Of a stretch of DNA of 64,000 bases, positions 45,360-56,525 are shown one piece after another (positions within the stretch are counted from its first letter, which is position 1; every line of letters begins with the position of its first letter). The notes under the pieces were generated by a model, which was given only the letters and a program-made list of their open reading frames with translations, was not told the DNA's origin and made no database searches. Origin of the DNA: Emiliania huxleyi CCMP1516 (lineage: Eukaryota). Where the stretch lies: the NCBI RefSeq assembly GCF_000372725.1, contig NW_005201192.1, forward strand, positions 62,001-126,000. The letters run 5' to 3'. The translations under genes and the position numbers were made by a program.

Positions 45360-45899
45360 ATGAAGAGGGGCCATCACGCCATCAGGCTCCTCCTCCTCCT
45401 CTCCTCCTCCTCTCCATCGTCCAGCCTGACGCTCGGACGCGTCAGGGCGCTGCGTGCTCTCGGCGAGCGGTCGATCCAATTTGCACGCGACGGCCACTAC
45501 GACCGCGCAGAGGCGCTACAACGGAGGGTTCTGAATGGGATGCAAAAGCACGGGCACCCAGACATCGCAACCGCCCTGAACAATCTCGCCGACACCTGTT
45601 ACCTTCAGGGCGCCCTCGAGGAGGCGGAGAGACTGCAGCGCGAGCTGTGGAGTTTTCAGCGCGAGCGCTTGGGTGACGGGCATCCTCAGACGCTCAAGGT
45701 GATGGGCATCCTCCTTCCCGTCACACTGACGGCTCAGGGCCGCTTCGCCGAAGCCATGGGCTTGTGCTCCGAGGCGGGGTCGCAGATGGACGAGCACCTA
45801 GGAGAAATGCACCCACACACCATCGCGGCTGCGGCGCTGCGCGAGGTCTTGGCGGCGCATGTACAGGGCACCTTTGAGGCCGCCCCCCGCCACCCATGA
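45360..45899 (+). CDS. Kinesin-light-chain-type TPR repeat protein
   Basis: HPDIATALNNLADTCYLQGALEEAERLQ..LGDGHPQTL..QGRFAEA..LGEMHPHT. Confidence 0.8.
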   Translation: MKRGHHAIRLLLLLSSSSPSSSLTLGRVRALRALGERSIQFARDGHYDRAEALQRRVLNGMQKHGHPDIATALNNLADTCYLQGALEEAERLQRELWSFQRERLGDGHPQTLKVMGILLPVTLTAQGRFAEAMGLCSEAGSQMDEHLGEMHPHTIAAAALREVLAAHVQGTFEAAPRHP

Positions 45900-46207
45900 C
45901 CTGCCCTGCCCGCTCTGGCTGAACCTGCCTCTGGCGCGTAGGCTCTGTACTCGGCACCGCCGCCGATCTGAAGAGCCTCGAGTGTTTACTGCATGTTTGC
46001 TTTGGCGGCAGGGCAGCTCGTTCACCTTCTATTGCATGGCGAGCGGCATCGGTGTGTCAGTAGATGGTGCCCGGTGCCGGCTGCAATGTCTTAGGACGCC
46101 GGCCAAAGAAAAAGGTACGGCGGTTCCCCGGCGGGATCAGAGGCAGACCGTGCACTGTACTCTGATTACCCTCTTCCGCATATACGCGTTGGTCGGTGGT
46201 CCCTTTA

Positions 46208-46640
46208 ATTCCCCCCCGGGCAGGTGTATGTTATTTTTGCTTGGGGCGGCACTCATGACGGGGTAGGTAGGGTAGGGTCTGGGCCCTCCCGTCGGGTTTT
46301 TCCCTCTCTCACGCTGGAATTTTCAGAAAAAGAATTTTTCCGCCCAAATCACGATGTCAACCCTCCCCAAGTCGTTGATCTGGGGTGCTTGTAGGGCTTG
46401 AGAGTGGCCTGCCATGTCACAGGAAGGACTGTGGTTGCAGGATAGTACCACCAACCATCACTTTAGTTGGTATAGTACCCCACCTTCACCCACGCCGTGA
46501 TTTCTTTTTTAGTTTCCCATAAGTAAGGTAGGTAGGTAGGTAGGTAGGTAGGGGCAGGGCAGGGGCCGGTCAGTTTTTTGCAGAATTTCATCATGAGTGC
46601 CGCCCAAGCAAAAATAACATACACCTGCCCCGGGGAGAAT
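46208..46640. mobile_element. MITE with ~50-bp TIRs
   Basis: GGGCAGGTGTATGTTATTTTTGCTTGGGGCGGCACTCATGA versus TCATGAGTGCCGCCCAAGCAAAAATAACATACACCTGCCC; internal (TAGG)n. Confidence 0.85.
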
Positions 46641-47001
46641 AGTCGGAACGATCGGCATCGGGGTGTCTTTTGACTTGTGCGTGTGTTGTGAGATTGCCAA
46701 ATTGCAAATCTGAAATCAAAACATAACAATAAAAAAGATCAAAGTCAAACTCTGAGACGAAGTCTGAGGGAGATAGAGCCGTGTATCTAATATCTTCTCA
46801 TACTGAGAGTGCCATGGAGAGTGCCCATGTCGCGCATATGTGCCCGTCCACATGCTCCACAAGCAAATGCACATGTAGTTAAATAAATAAGGAGAGGAAA
46901 TTCATGCCGAGAGGTAGAATACGTCGCGGACAGAGCGACGCAGCGGCGTCCATCAACACGCACCCAGACCGTCGACCGCCGCCCCCCGGCCCCCTTAGGC
47001 C

Positions 47002-48208
47002 TCACATCTCCGCGCTGGGCAGGTGGTTGCCGGGCAGCGTGTTGCCGAGCGAAGCGCGGCTGCGGCGCGCGGTGACGCCGGTGCGGTTGCGCCAGAAGAG
47101 CTCCGCCTCGCTCGCCGGCCGGTCGCTGGTGAGCTTGCGGTAGTAGTCGCACAGCACGCGGACGGTCTTCTCGACGCTCGGGTGGCCGCTCGCCTGCGTG
47201 CTGGGGAGCGGGTCACCTCTACCGCGAAGTCGGGAGCAGGGAGGGAGGCGGAGGCTCGCCGCGTGCACGGCGGTGAGCCACTGCAGCTGGAAGTCAAAGA
47301 CGGCGAGCTGCTTCTCCTTCTTCGGGATGAAGCCCGCGCGCGTGCCGCTGTGGCAGTGCAGGCAGCGGATCACCTGAGGGCGGGCAGCGGTCTCAGCGAG
47401 GTCAAGGGCTTGGCGATCGATCCGCCGGCGGTAGCGCCTTGAAGATGAGCTTCTTCACGAGCGGCGCCTCCGAGTTGGCCACGTACACCAGGTGCCGCAG
47501 CACCTCGCCCGCATCAGAGAAGAGGTACGCAGACGCCATCTCGTCCAGCCAGTCAAAGTGGTCAAAGTAGAGCGGCCAGCTGTGCTCCACCAGCGCGCCG
47601 TAGCAGCCCGCGCACGCCGGCGGGTGCGGCCACCGCTTGAGCTCCTCCTTGATCGTCATCGCGTTGGAGCCGCCAGGCCGCATCAGGTTCCGCTGCGCGA
47701 GCGGCGCAGCCTTCGCCGGCAGGGCTCCGCCTGCCCTCCCTGCCGACGCTTCCTTCCTGCGGCAGGCATGCCCTGCAGGCTCCTTTGCCGGCTCGTCACA
47801 ACCGTGCGCCGCCGCCGCCTCCTCGCGCGCCTTGCGAGCCGCGAGAAGCGCCTTCGACTTCTCTCGCACAGGGTCCGGGATGCCCTCCGCCTCCATTCGC
47901 TCGGCGCGGGCGACCCGCTCCTGCACCTTGGCCTTGGCCTTGGCCCACTCGCGCGCCTCCCAATCACGCACAACGCTCTTGTTCTGCTCGCGGAGGATGT
48001 GCACGAGCTGGCGATATCCAGTCTTTGGATCGAGCGATGTCGCGGCTTCGGAGGCGGACGCTTTTGGTGTCGACGGTGGCGAGGACGGCAGAGAGGATGG
48101 CGGCGCTGACGGTGAGACACGGCGACGGCGACGGCGTTCGCTGATGAAAAGGGCGAGAACCACGGCGCTCGTAGCGGAGACGAGCACCAGCGATCGGCCC
48201 ATGTACAT
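47002..48208 (-). CDS. Hypothetical membrane-anchored protein with two CxxC pairs; two inferred introns
   Basis: N-terminal hydrophobic stretch followed by RRRRR; CAGC and CLHC; coding-like C-terminal exons. Confidence 0.6.
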
Positions 48209-48969
48209 AACCGGCTTCAGTTGCCCGGGCGGGAAGAGGTTTGGTGATCTGTGATCTGTAAGGTCCGCCCGCAGGCGCATTTTGTTGTATACCGAGGCGG
48301 TGCCCGGTGCCGAACCTGTCGGACCTTAAGACAGCATTGTAGATCCCTGGGCGAGGGTGGTGGCGGTTTGGTATCTAGATACAGGCGATACAGGCACCCC
48401 AGTCACACTGTTCGGTCCATGAATTCTTTTTAGGTGAACTGTGCCGGAGCATCCTCCACCCGTGCCCAGTGTTGTCGATCCACGCCCCCCTGGCCGCCCC
48501 TTGGCTCCTCCACGTTCATCTCCGATGCCAGTGTGCAGCGACTGCAGTGTCCAAGTGAGCAGTGTTGTGCTTGCTGCTGTGTGTTTGTGCTGTACTCGAG
48601 TATCTCCGAGATAGTATCTGTGTCGTTGCACCCTTGTGTGCAGTGTGGGCACTTGCACTACGAACATTATTTTGCGTTCCGTGGCACGTTTTTCTGAATA
48701 GCAGGGAGGGAGATCATCATAATCTCGTGTGTTGGTGCGATCGCGGCTCTTCGCGCATCGCAGCTGTTGTCGCTCTACTTTGTGTACACCTGTGTACTCA
48801 CAGAGAAGGTGGTACATTTTAGAGAGACAGAGTAGTAATCGCGAGCGCATCGATTATACAATCCACACAAGCACAACGTCACGAGCGAAAAAAAGCGCGG
48901 CATCAGGATTCAGGGCCGTCCCCGCTCCCGGAGGGTCCCGCTTGCCGCTTCTCCCCCTCTCTGACTCCC

Positions 48970-50996
48970 CTAGTGACTCCCTTCCAACGAGTCCATCGCA
49001 CTTCGCACGACGCGCCACGAGTACGACTGGAGTCTGGGCCGACCAGCCGCCTCAAGGGTTGCCGTCGCGGAGCCCCCAGCCAACGCGTAGTGTGCGAAGT
49101 ACTCGCCCTTCTTCCGCTTGAACGTCACCTGCATCCTGCAGAGCGCCCGGAACGCGCCCTCGGTCTGCGCGCCGCCCAGCTCGTTGTCCATGTCGATCCG
49201 CAAGTCGCTCATCCGAAGCGGCGGTACCTCGTGCCTGCCGCATCGCGCGTCAGGGCTCGGGGTGAGGAGTGAGGCCGAGACGCCTCCGGCGGCATCGATC
49301 CGCGTCCTACGCGTCGCTTCACGCCCCCTCCCCTCGCCTCCCGGGCGCCTTCCACCTCACCCGTGTCCCTCATCGCAACAGGCGCCCGCCCCGCTGGCCC
49401 TCGGGCGCCCTCCAACCCACCGTGCCTACGGGTGCCGCTGGCGGTGGGTGCGCACCAGTGACTGGTAGTGTTCGCGAGGTCGTCCGCGTCGTTCATCGTC
49501 ATCCCGGGCCGGCAGCCGGTCTGCCTCGCGAGGCACACGTACGCGCTCATGCTGAAGGCCACGTTCACCTCGAAGGGCTCGGAGAGGTGCGCGTCCTGCA
49601 GCAGGTACTCCCCCGCCTGGAACAGGTGCTGCTTCGTGCACGGGCGGGTCGTCCCCGCGCGCAGCTCCGCTTCCACCTGCCGGGTCGCGTCCGCGCTCGC
49701 CTTCGCGCTCGCCGCCTGCTGCTGCTCCACGCCCTCGCCTCGCGCGACGCTCGCCTGCGCCGCCGCCTGTCCCGCTCCCCTCCCAGCCTTCTCTGCAACC
49801 TGTCGCATCCCGCCGCCGCCGCCGTCGAAGATCCCCATCACGCGCCGCGTCACCCAGTGCCAGTACTGCCTCGCGTCGGCCGGCATCGCGGGCCACAGCT
49901 CGCGCCAGACGTGGTTCTTCATGTGCTGCAGTGCGACGTACACCGTGTTCGAGCCCCGGCCGCTGCGCACCGTCGCCTCCGCCTGTCCCGCCGACTGCTC
50001 CTCGGCCAGGTGCCACTTACACGCCCTCGACTCGACGATCCGCGTCGTGGCCAGCCACTCGCCGAACTGCACCGTCCACCGCATGGTCGGGTGAAGGCCG
50101 CGGGAAGTGCGCTGCATCGGCACCGACAGGCTGTCCTCCGCCAGCTCTGCGAGGTACTCCCTCAGCAGGCGGCGCACCCACACGAGATGACGCGACAGCG
50201 TGGCGCTGTGTCGCGACAGCATCGGTGCGTCGTCGGGCCGCCTGGCCTCGCGCTGCTCGGCCTCGTCCCGCGTGCGAAGCAGCTCCATGGCGGCGCTGCG
50301 CCGCACCCTCCTCCGCCCCGGCCAGTTGAGGTCAGGGGCGGAGCCCGCCTGGCCGGTCGTCTCGGCGGAGCCCGCCTCGCCGGTCGTCTCGCTCGCCCCG
50401 CCGGCCGTCTCCCCCCGGGCGTTGTCCCACCTCATTAGTCTGGAGGCCGCCAAGCTCGCGCCGTCGCGGAGTGCCGCGTCGCCAGCGCCAGCGCGGGCGT
50501 GGTCTACCTCTGGCCCCGTGTCCGCCACCCTGCGCCACTGCTCGTCGTCGAGCACGTGCCAGTACCGGTCGCCCTCGAAGTTGGTGTACTGGACGCGGTG
50601 CACGAGCCGGCCGTCGGTGTCCTCCGTCCGCTCCATGATGGTCCCCGGCCACCACCTCTCCTCCCCCGAATCCTCCGCGAAGATCTCGACTCGCGTGCCC
50701 GTCTCGAGGATCACCTGACCCGCCTGCCTTGCTGCCTCATCCACCATGAGCCGCTTCCGGCGCGACTTGACCGGCTCCGGCGCCTTCGGCAGCAGGTAGT
50801 TGGGCCCGCTCTCCTCCACCGCCGCGAGCACGACGGACGCGCTCAGGTGCTCCACCGCCCCCTCCTCGTCCGGCGGCGGCTCGAACGCCCTCATTCCCGC
50901 CTCGCGCTCGCTCCTCTCGCGGGCCGATCGCTCGTGGTGGGCGTTACGCCGGTCGACGCCGTCCCCGCGGTGCTCCGCGGTCGCCGCCTGCGGCAT
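48970..50996 (-). mobile_element. Crypton-like tyrosine recombinase gene with an N-terminal Tudor-like domain; 3'-truncated
   Basis: GTRVEIF..WWPGTI..HRVQY; LARQTGCRPG; intron 49235-49455; LRMSDLRI; VTFKRKKG. No HxxR or catalytic Tyr seen. Confidence 0.65.
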
Positions 50997-51406
50997 CGTC
51001 GCCGCCCAGGCGTCGCTAGCAGGGGCGTTCCGATGTGCTCCGATGTGTTACGACTCGCTCTCCAGCCCCTCCGCAGCTGTCACGCTTTTGGTCGAAGGTA
51101 TACCCCCCCCCGACCCCCCCCCCCCCCGGACGCGTCCACCCTCCGTCCAACATTCGCGTCCCCTCTTTTACATACATAAACGCACAACCCCGGGCCCGAA
51201 ATCGCGGTATCTGCACGCAGCGCGGCATGAATGGCGCCAGCTCAACCGGCCGTCCGACCCGTGCTTTTGCTCCCACGGCAGTCTCCTTTCCCCTGAGATC
51301 AGCCTGAGATAAGTTTTCTTTTGTAAAATTCTCTGTTAGTGCCATTTGATTGTAAAATTCTCTAATACCTGTGTTAGTGCCAGTGCGCGCCAGTCCCGTG
51401 CCCAGT

Positions 51407-51486
51407 AAAAGAAAGAAAGAAAGAAAACAGACAACCCAAGGGAGGGATGGGAGGACGGCACGCCGCCACCACACAGGGATTTTAAG
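51407..51486 (-). mobile_element. Family B 3'-end fragment
   Basis: Same UTR and (TTTC)n tail as 5992-6066. Confidence 0.8.
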
Positions 51487-51534
51487 TGCCCAGTGTTGTG
51501 CGAGGGAGTATTGGTAAAATTCTCTTTTAGAAAA

Positions 51535-52293
51535 ATGGCTGCTGTGACACATGGCGACCTCGACTCGTCTGGCGTATGCGTCGTGCGCAGTTCGGGCGCG
51601 GAGATGGTCGACGCGTGCCGTGCGTGCCACGCGGGGGTCATCGAGAGCCTGGACCGCATGCTGTCGCTGCCTGGAACGCTCGGCGCACCTTCGGATCGCC
51701 ACTTCCTGCCGTTCGCAACCTGCCGCGGCGACGGCGGTGCCCCACCGCCGACTCATCAGCGCGACTTCTTGTTGCCCTTCTCGCCTTGGGTGGAGGAGGT
51801 GCTTCAGATCGCACTGCGAGGCACCGAGGCGGGAGCAATCCTCGTGCAGGCGCTTGGGCGGGATGCGGAGCTCGATGGGCTGCAGGCCATCACCAGTGAG
51901 CCGGGCACAGCCGCGCAGGATCTGCACAGCGACGCGGCGTGGGGAACGCCGCGGACTGTCACTATCTTTCTTGCGCTGCATGACATTCTCGACGAGACGA
52001 TGGGGCCCACGCGGTTTGTGCCGGAAACCCATGAGCCCCGCTGCTTCCCGGGGCGGCGCTGGATGCCGCCGCCAAGGGTGGGTGGCGATCTGGGAGAGCG
52101 ACGCACAGCGTGGTTTGCGCTGCGCACTGGCGACGCGGTCCTCATGGATTCGCTCACGTGGCACGGCGCAGGCGCAAACCGAGGCGAGCAGAGGCGCACG
52201 CTGCTCGCTGCATCATTCGTCAATAGGAGTAGCGAGGGCCGGCTGCCAGCCCAGCGCCCGCCAGGACTGAGGCTCGGAGATTTCGCGTTGTGA
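51535..52293 (+). CDS. Phytanoyl-CoA dioxygenase-family (PhyH) Fe(II)/2OG oxygenase
   Basis: AQDLHSD (HxD), IFLALHDI..MGPTRFVPETH, GDAVLMDSLTWHGAGAN..RR. Confidence 0.9.
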   Translation: MAAVTHGDLDSSGVCVVRSSGAEMVDACRACHAGVIESLDRMLSLPGTLGAPSDRHFLPFATCRGDGGAPPPTHQRDFLLPFSPWVEEVLQIALRGTEAGAILVQALGRDAELDGLQAITSEPGTAAQDLHSDAAWGTPRTVTIFLALHDILDETMGPTRFVPETHEPRCFPGRRWMPPPRVGGDLGERRTAWFALRTGDAVLMDSLTWHGAGANRGEQRRTLLAASFVNRSSEGRLPAQRPPGLRLGDFAL

Positions 52294-52439
52294 TCTAGAT
52301 CACCAGAGCGTAGAGGTAGAGCCGCGGCGCGCGGGGTTTGCGTGTCGGTGTGTGTATATAACAAAAAAGCCGTGTGATGTAACGGCTAACGCCGTAACGC
52401 CCTAACTAACGGGGTAACGCGTAACGGGAGCGATAGGAT

Positions 52440-52739
52440 TGATAAATCAAACAAATAAATAAATAAAACGGACTCTCTCTAGGAGATGGGTAAAAAGGAA
52501 CAGGTCCCCACCCGTGCGATCTCTGTACTTTGTGTGCAGGGTGTTCTCGTTGTGGGTGTGGTCGGCGACTAGCCGGGGCGGTCGTCCTCACGATGCCGCT
52601 CGAGCACGATGGGGGACTAGCACTAGCCGTCTTCCACATGGTCCCTCGGGTCCCTGCTGCTCCTAATCTCTTCCACTCTTCGTACATCCTCCTGCTGATC
52701 TCCGCAAAGTCCTGCCCTCCTTCCCTCGTCTCGCCCTGC
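52440..52739 (-). mobile_element. Family C retroelement-like 3' end (ORF ends VEDG*, UTR, (TTTA)n tail), interrupted by hAT insertions
   Basis: Homologous to 15888-15996; similar pyrimidine-rich sequence resumes at 54143-54271 and 54657-54690. Confidence 0.6.
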
Positions 52740-54134
52740 CCACGCTACAGAAAGGTGCACCTTGTACCGGGACACAGTGGTAGGCGCGCCGTACGGCGCG
52801 CAGCGCCCACGGCCACGCCCGCTACCTAGGAGCTAGGTGTGTGAGTGAGTGCTATACCTTCAGCGCACCTTATACCGAGGTACCCTCCACATGTCCACAC
52901 CGGCACCTGGGGTACTCTCGAGACGTTCACACCGGCGGTGCGCGCGAATAAGGTGTGCACCGCCCGTCGCGCGAAACGCAACAACACAGCTCTCATGGCG
53001 CCAAAGAAGCCCTCCTCTACGCAGAACGCGACGCTCCAGTCCATGGGCATGGACGTAATCAAGCAGTACCCGGGCCCGCTGTCCCTGACAGTCTCGAGGG
53101 CCGTCAAGCTAACTGTCAAGACCGGGCATGGACGTCCCGGGCAAGCACTTCCCGCAGCTCACCGGCGCGCGGGGCAGAACGCGTCGTACACGGGCACGGC
53201 CGTCGAGTTCACGGAGCGGCACACGTTCACACGGCACGGCAAGGCCTGGGGCGCCGCGCACACTGGGCCCGGCATCCGCTTCATCTGCGATTCGGACGCC
53301 ATCGACGACCCCGACCACAAGGGCTTCTGGACGCCGCTGTGGCTCTGGAACCGCTTGCGCCACGAGACGTACAAGGACAACCGCGAGAGCGAGATTCAGT
53401 ACCTCGACAAGATGTCGGAGACGGCCGACGCGCCGGCGCCCGGCGACGCAAAGCCCACCAAGAAGCCACCGGAGGTCAAGAACTACTTCACCATGCGGCT
53501 GGGCAGATCGTCAAGGTGCACAACAAACTGGAAGTATCTGTGCTTGCGGCCCACCGAGGAGGCGATCATCGCGCGCTACATGCTGAAGCACGGCAACGTC
53601 TCCGCCCCCTCGGCTGCACCGCCCTCCACCTCGCCGGACCCATCGAGCTCCGATGCTGCCGCTTCGACTGCGCCATCCTCGCGGGCTCGGCCGGCCCGTC
53701 GACCTCCGGCCACGCCGCCGACCCACCCTCCGCCGACCCGCTCGGTGGCGTCGGTATGTCGCTGCTCCAGCGCGCCGGTGTTCTCCAGAACACGCCATAC
53801 GCTGCATGAGTGAGTCGCGTGTCGGGCGGGGCCGTCGGGAGGGGGCGAGCGTGTGTCCGGCGAGGCGCCCACATACCTCACCCGTACCTTTACCGAGGTA
53901 GCGCGCGGTGTCCTATACCTCCACCTTAGGTAAGTGGCCCATGTCTGTACCTTACTGTACCGCTACCTAAGTGTGCCGGCCAGCGCCCACACCGGCACCG
54001 GGGGTAGGGTCAGAGGGACTGCACTCAAGGTGTTGTCTGTTGAGGTGCTCGAGGGGTTCCGTAACCCGTACCATATGCGGAATCGACCCTATCCAGTGCT
54101 CAAGTGCTCAAGGTGAGCACCTTCTGTAGTGTGG
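52740..54134 (+). mobile_element. Internally deleted hAT-like DNA transposon (1.4 kb) with a probable transposase remnant at 52995-53600
   Basis: TIR CCAC(G/A)CTACAGAA(A)GGTGC; 8-bp TSD CGCCCTGC at 52732-52739 and 54135-54142; ACCT/AGGT subterminal motifs; frameshifted ORF. Confidence 0.85.
54033..54106 (+). mobile_element. Family D short retro-insertion inside the hAT right end
   Basis: TSD CTCAAGGTG at 54024-54032 and 54107-54115; CAAGTGCT tail. Confidence 0.75.
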
Positions 54135-54271
54135 CGCCCTGCGCGTCTGCCCCAACTCTCCCCCGTCGTCTGCCCTGCGTCGTCTAGCGACTGGTCCTCC
54201 ATAGTCGGTCGAGGTCGCCGCCCTCCTCGTGCCTCTTCCCAACGTTCCCTCGGCGGCCGATGCCGTCTGCT

Positions 54272-54648
54272 CAGTGCTCAATATTTACCGGTATGAGACT
54301 GGTATTTGGTGATATTTTGATTAGTTTTGGAGTGGTGTGGTATAGTGGTATGCGAAAGTGGTATGCGGGGTTTTCGATTAGTTGTAGCGGCTGTGTGTGT
54401 GGTCCCGGGGGCGAAAGCGGCATGCAAAAGTGCAGGTATTACCCGGTATACCCGGTTTTTCCAGGTATACCCGCAAAATACCGGGTATTTGCCGATTTTG
54501 CCGATTTTGCCACCAAAAAGGCACTCCCACTCGCTTTGATTTCCGTGAGGCAAGTGGTATCCGATACCACTACGGCTCTAGTTCAGGCCTAGGGTTTGAT
54601 TAGCCAAAAACTCCCATACCGGTTACCGCGGTAAATATTGAGCCACTG
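54272..54648. mobile_element. hAT-type MITE (377 bp)
   Basis: TIR CAGTG(G)CTCAATATTTACCG; 8-bp TSD CGTCTGCT at 54264-54271 and 54649-54656; GGTAT/ATACC subterminal motifs. Confidence 0.92.
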
Positions 54649-55156
54649 CGTCTGCTCCGACTCCCCCGTCCCCGGGTCTGCCCTGCTCTCATAACAATCG
54701 TGATCAGTCCCGCTATGGATATGCCCAACCCACAAAATGAATACGCATCGCCTTATGCTCTGGTTTCGGGTGCGTAACCTGGTGCGTAGACAGGCGCAGT
54801 TATCAAAATACAGCAGATATGAAGGCCGGCCCTCACCCCGGACCTGCTCACAGCGCATATTTTCCTTCGAAAACAGCACAGAATACTTCAATGTTGGCAC
54901 TGCCCCGCACTTACGCAGCATAATTTTACCAATTCAGGCCCGCATGACGTATCATGTATCCGCATACGTACCCCCTCCTGGCGCCACAGCCTGGAGGCGC
55001 TGACGTACTACGTATACGCATTATGTTTCTGCACTCGCCAAAACGCCCGCGAGACGATTGCCTGGCCAATGATTTCAGGCTCCCGCGCTGCCTTGCTCAA
55101 TCCAAATCGAATCCCAATTGTCAAACTCGCGAAATTCTACGTGCGTCCGCTGCATC

Positions 55157-55891
55157 ATGGCCCCGCCTCGGACCGCGTCGTCAGAGGGCGTTATGCTGAT
55201 CCCAGCCAGTGCCAAGAACAGCACGACTGGCTACAAGAACGTGTCCTACATCCGCGGCAATAAGAAGTTCCAGGCGAAGGTGAAGGCTGGCGGCCAGCAT
55301 GTCTTCCTCGGCTGCTTCGACACCGCCGAAGAGGCGGCCACCGCCTACGCTCAGTCAGAGTACGGCCGCGCCGACGCCGCCAAGCTGCTGCAGCCCCGCC
55401 CCGCTCCCATTCCAGCTGGCGCCGAGGCGATACGGCAGGCGGAGAGGGAGGGCCTCACCCTCACCGCCAGTAGCAGCAGCAACACCGGCTACAAAGGCGT
55501 CTGCTACCGCCCGAAGCAGCAAGGCAGCCAGAAGTACGAGCTGAAGGTGAGGGACGGCGGCAAGCAAGTCCGCCTCGGCCTCTTCGCCACCGCCGAGGAG
55601 GCGGCGCTCTTCTACGCCCGCAGGGAGGCGGGCAGGGACACCAGCGATCTCACCGCGCCGCCACCGCCGCCGCCGCCGTCCTCAACCTCTGCGGAGCTGC
55701 CAGTGTACGAGCTCAGCATTCTGACGCCTGAGCAAATGGCCGCCGTCCCGACATATAGTCCATCGTCCAATTTGGACTATAGTCGAGCGCGTCGGAGAGG
55801 TGTTTGGAGACAGGCTCATGATTGTGCAGCAGCCCTAGCGGCAGCGCCAACTTATGGCAGCCCGAGCGGCAGCGCCAGTGCGCGCACATAA
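55157..55891 (+). CDS. Protein with two AP2-like DNA-binding domains
   Basis: TGYKNV..KKFQAKV..HVFLGCFDTAEEAATAYA and TGYKGV..QVRLGLFATAEEAALFYAR. Confidence 0.85.
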   Translation: MAPPRTASSEGVMLIPASAKNSTTGYKNVSYIRGNKKFQAKVKAGGQHVFLGCFDTAEEAATAYAQSEYGRADAAKLLQPRPAPIPAGAEAIRQAEREGLTLTASSSSNTGYKGVCYRPKQQGSQKYELKVRDGGKQVRLGLFATAEEAALFYARREAGRDTSDLTAPPPPPPPSSTSAELPVYELSILTPEQMAAVPTYSPSSNLDYSRARRRGVWRQAHDCAAALAAAPTYGSPSGSASART

Positions 55892-56004
55892 AGGGGGGGG
55901 GTGGGGGGGTTAGGGGGTGGCTGTCGAGGGCTATGCCCGAGTCTGTTGTTACCAGCGCACATACAACCCTAGCCAGCTTATGGCAGCCCTAGCGGCAGCG
56001 CGAA

Positions 56005-56107
56005 GTTAGGGTTAGGGGTTAGGGGTTAGGGGTTAGGGGTTAGGGGTTAGGGGTTAGGGGTTAGGGGTTAGGGGTTAGGGGTTAGGGGTTAGGGGTTAGG
56101 GGTTAGG
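56005..56107 (+). repeat. Interstitial telomere-like array (TTAGGGG) x~14
   Basis: Direct reading; the first unit is TTAGGG. Confidence 0.95.
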
Positions 56108-56114
56108 TGGGGCG

Positions 56115-56525
56115 GATGCGTCAGACGTATGCATAATACGTGAGGCGTAACCCTTGCTGGCCGCCACTTCTCAGTCAAATCCGTCGTGCGTGTGCGTAAT
56201 ACATGGGACGTAAGCTCCCCCCGACACCCATGGCGACCGATGCGTCAGACGTGTGCGTAATACGTGAGGCGTAACCCTTGCTGGCCGCCACTTCTCAGTC
56301 AAATCCGTCGTGCGTGTGCGTAATACGTGGGACGTAAGCTCCAAACGACACCCATGGCGACCGATGCGTCAGACGTATGCGTAATACGTGAGGCGTAACC
56401 CTTGCTGGCCGCCACTTCTCAGTCAAATCCGTCGTGCGTGTGCGTAATACGTGGGACGTAAGCTCCAAACGACACCCATGGCGACCGATGCGTCAGACGT
56501 GTGCGTAATACATGAGGCGTAACCC
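56115..56525 (+). repeat. 124-bp tandem repeat x~3.3 with two TGCGTAATAC motifs per unit
   Basis: GATGCGTCAGACG at 56115, 56239, 56363 and 56487. Confidence 0.93.

Noticed and set aside
52743..54131. CACTA-superfamily assignment (CACTACAG inside the TIR)
   Set aside because: The TIR extends 3 bp further out and is flanked by an 8-bp TSD, favouring hAT.
56115..56525. CRISPR-like appearance of regularly spaced motifs
   Set aside because: The intervening sequences are themselves repeated (tandem satellite); eukaryotic context and no cas genes.
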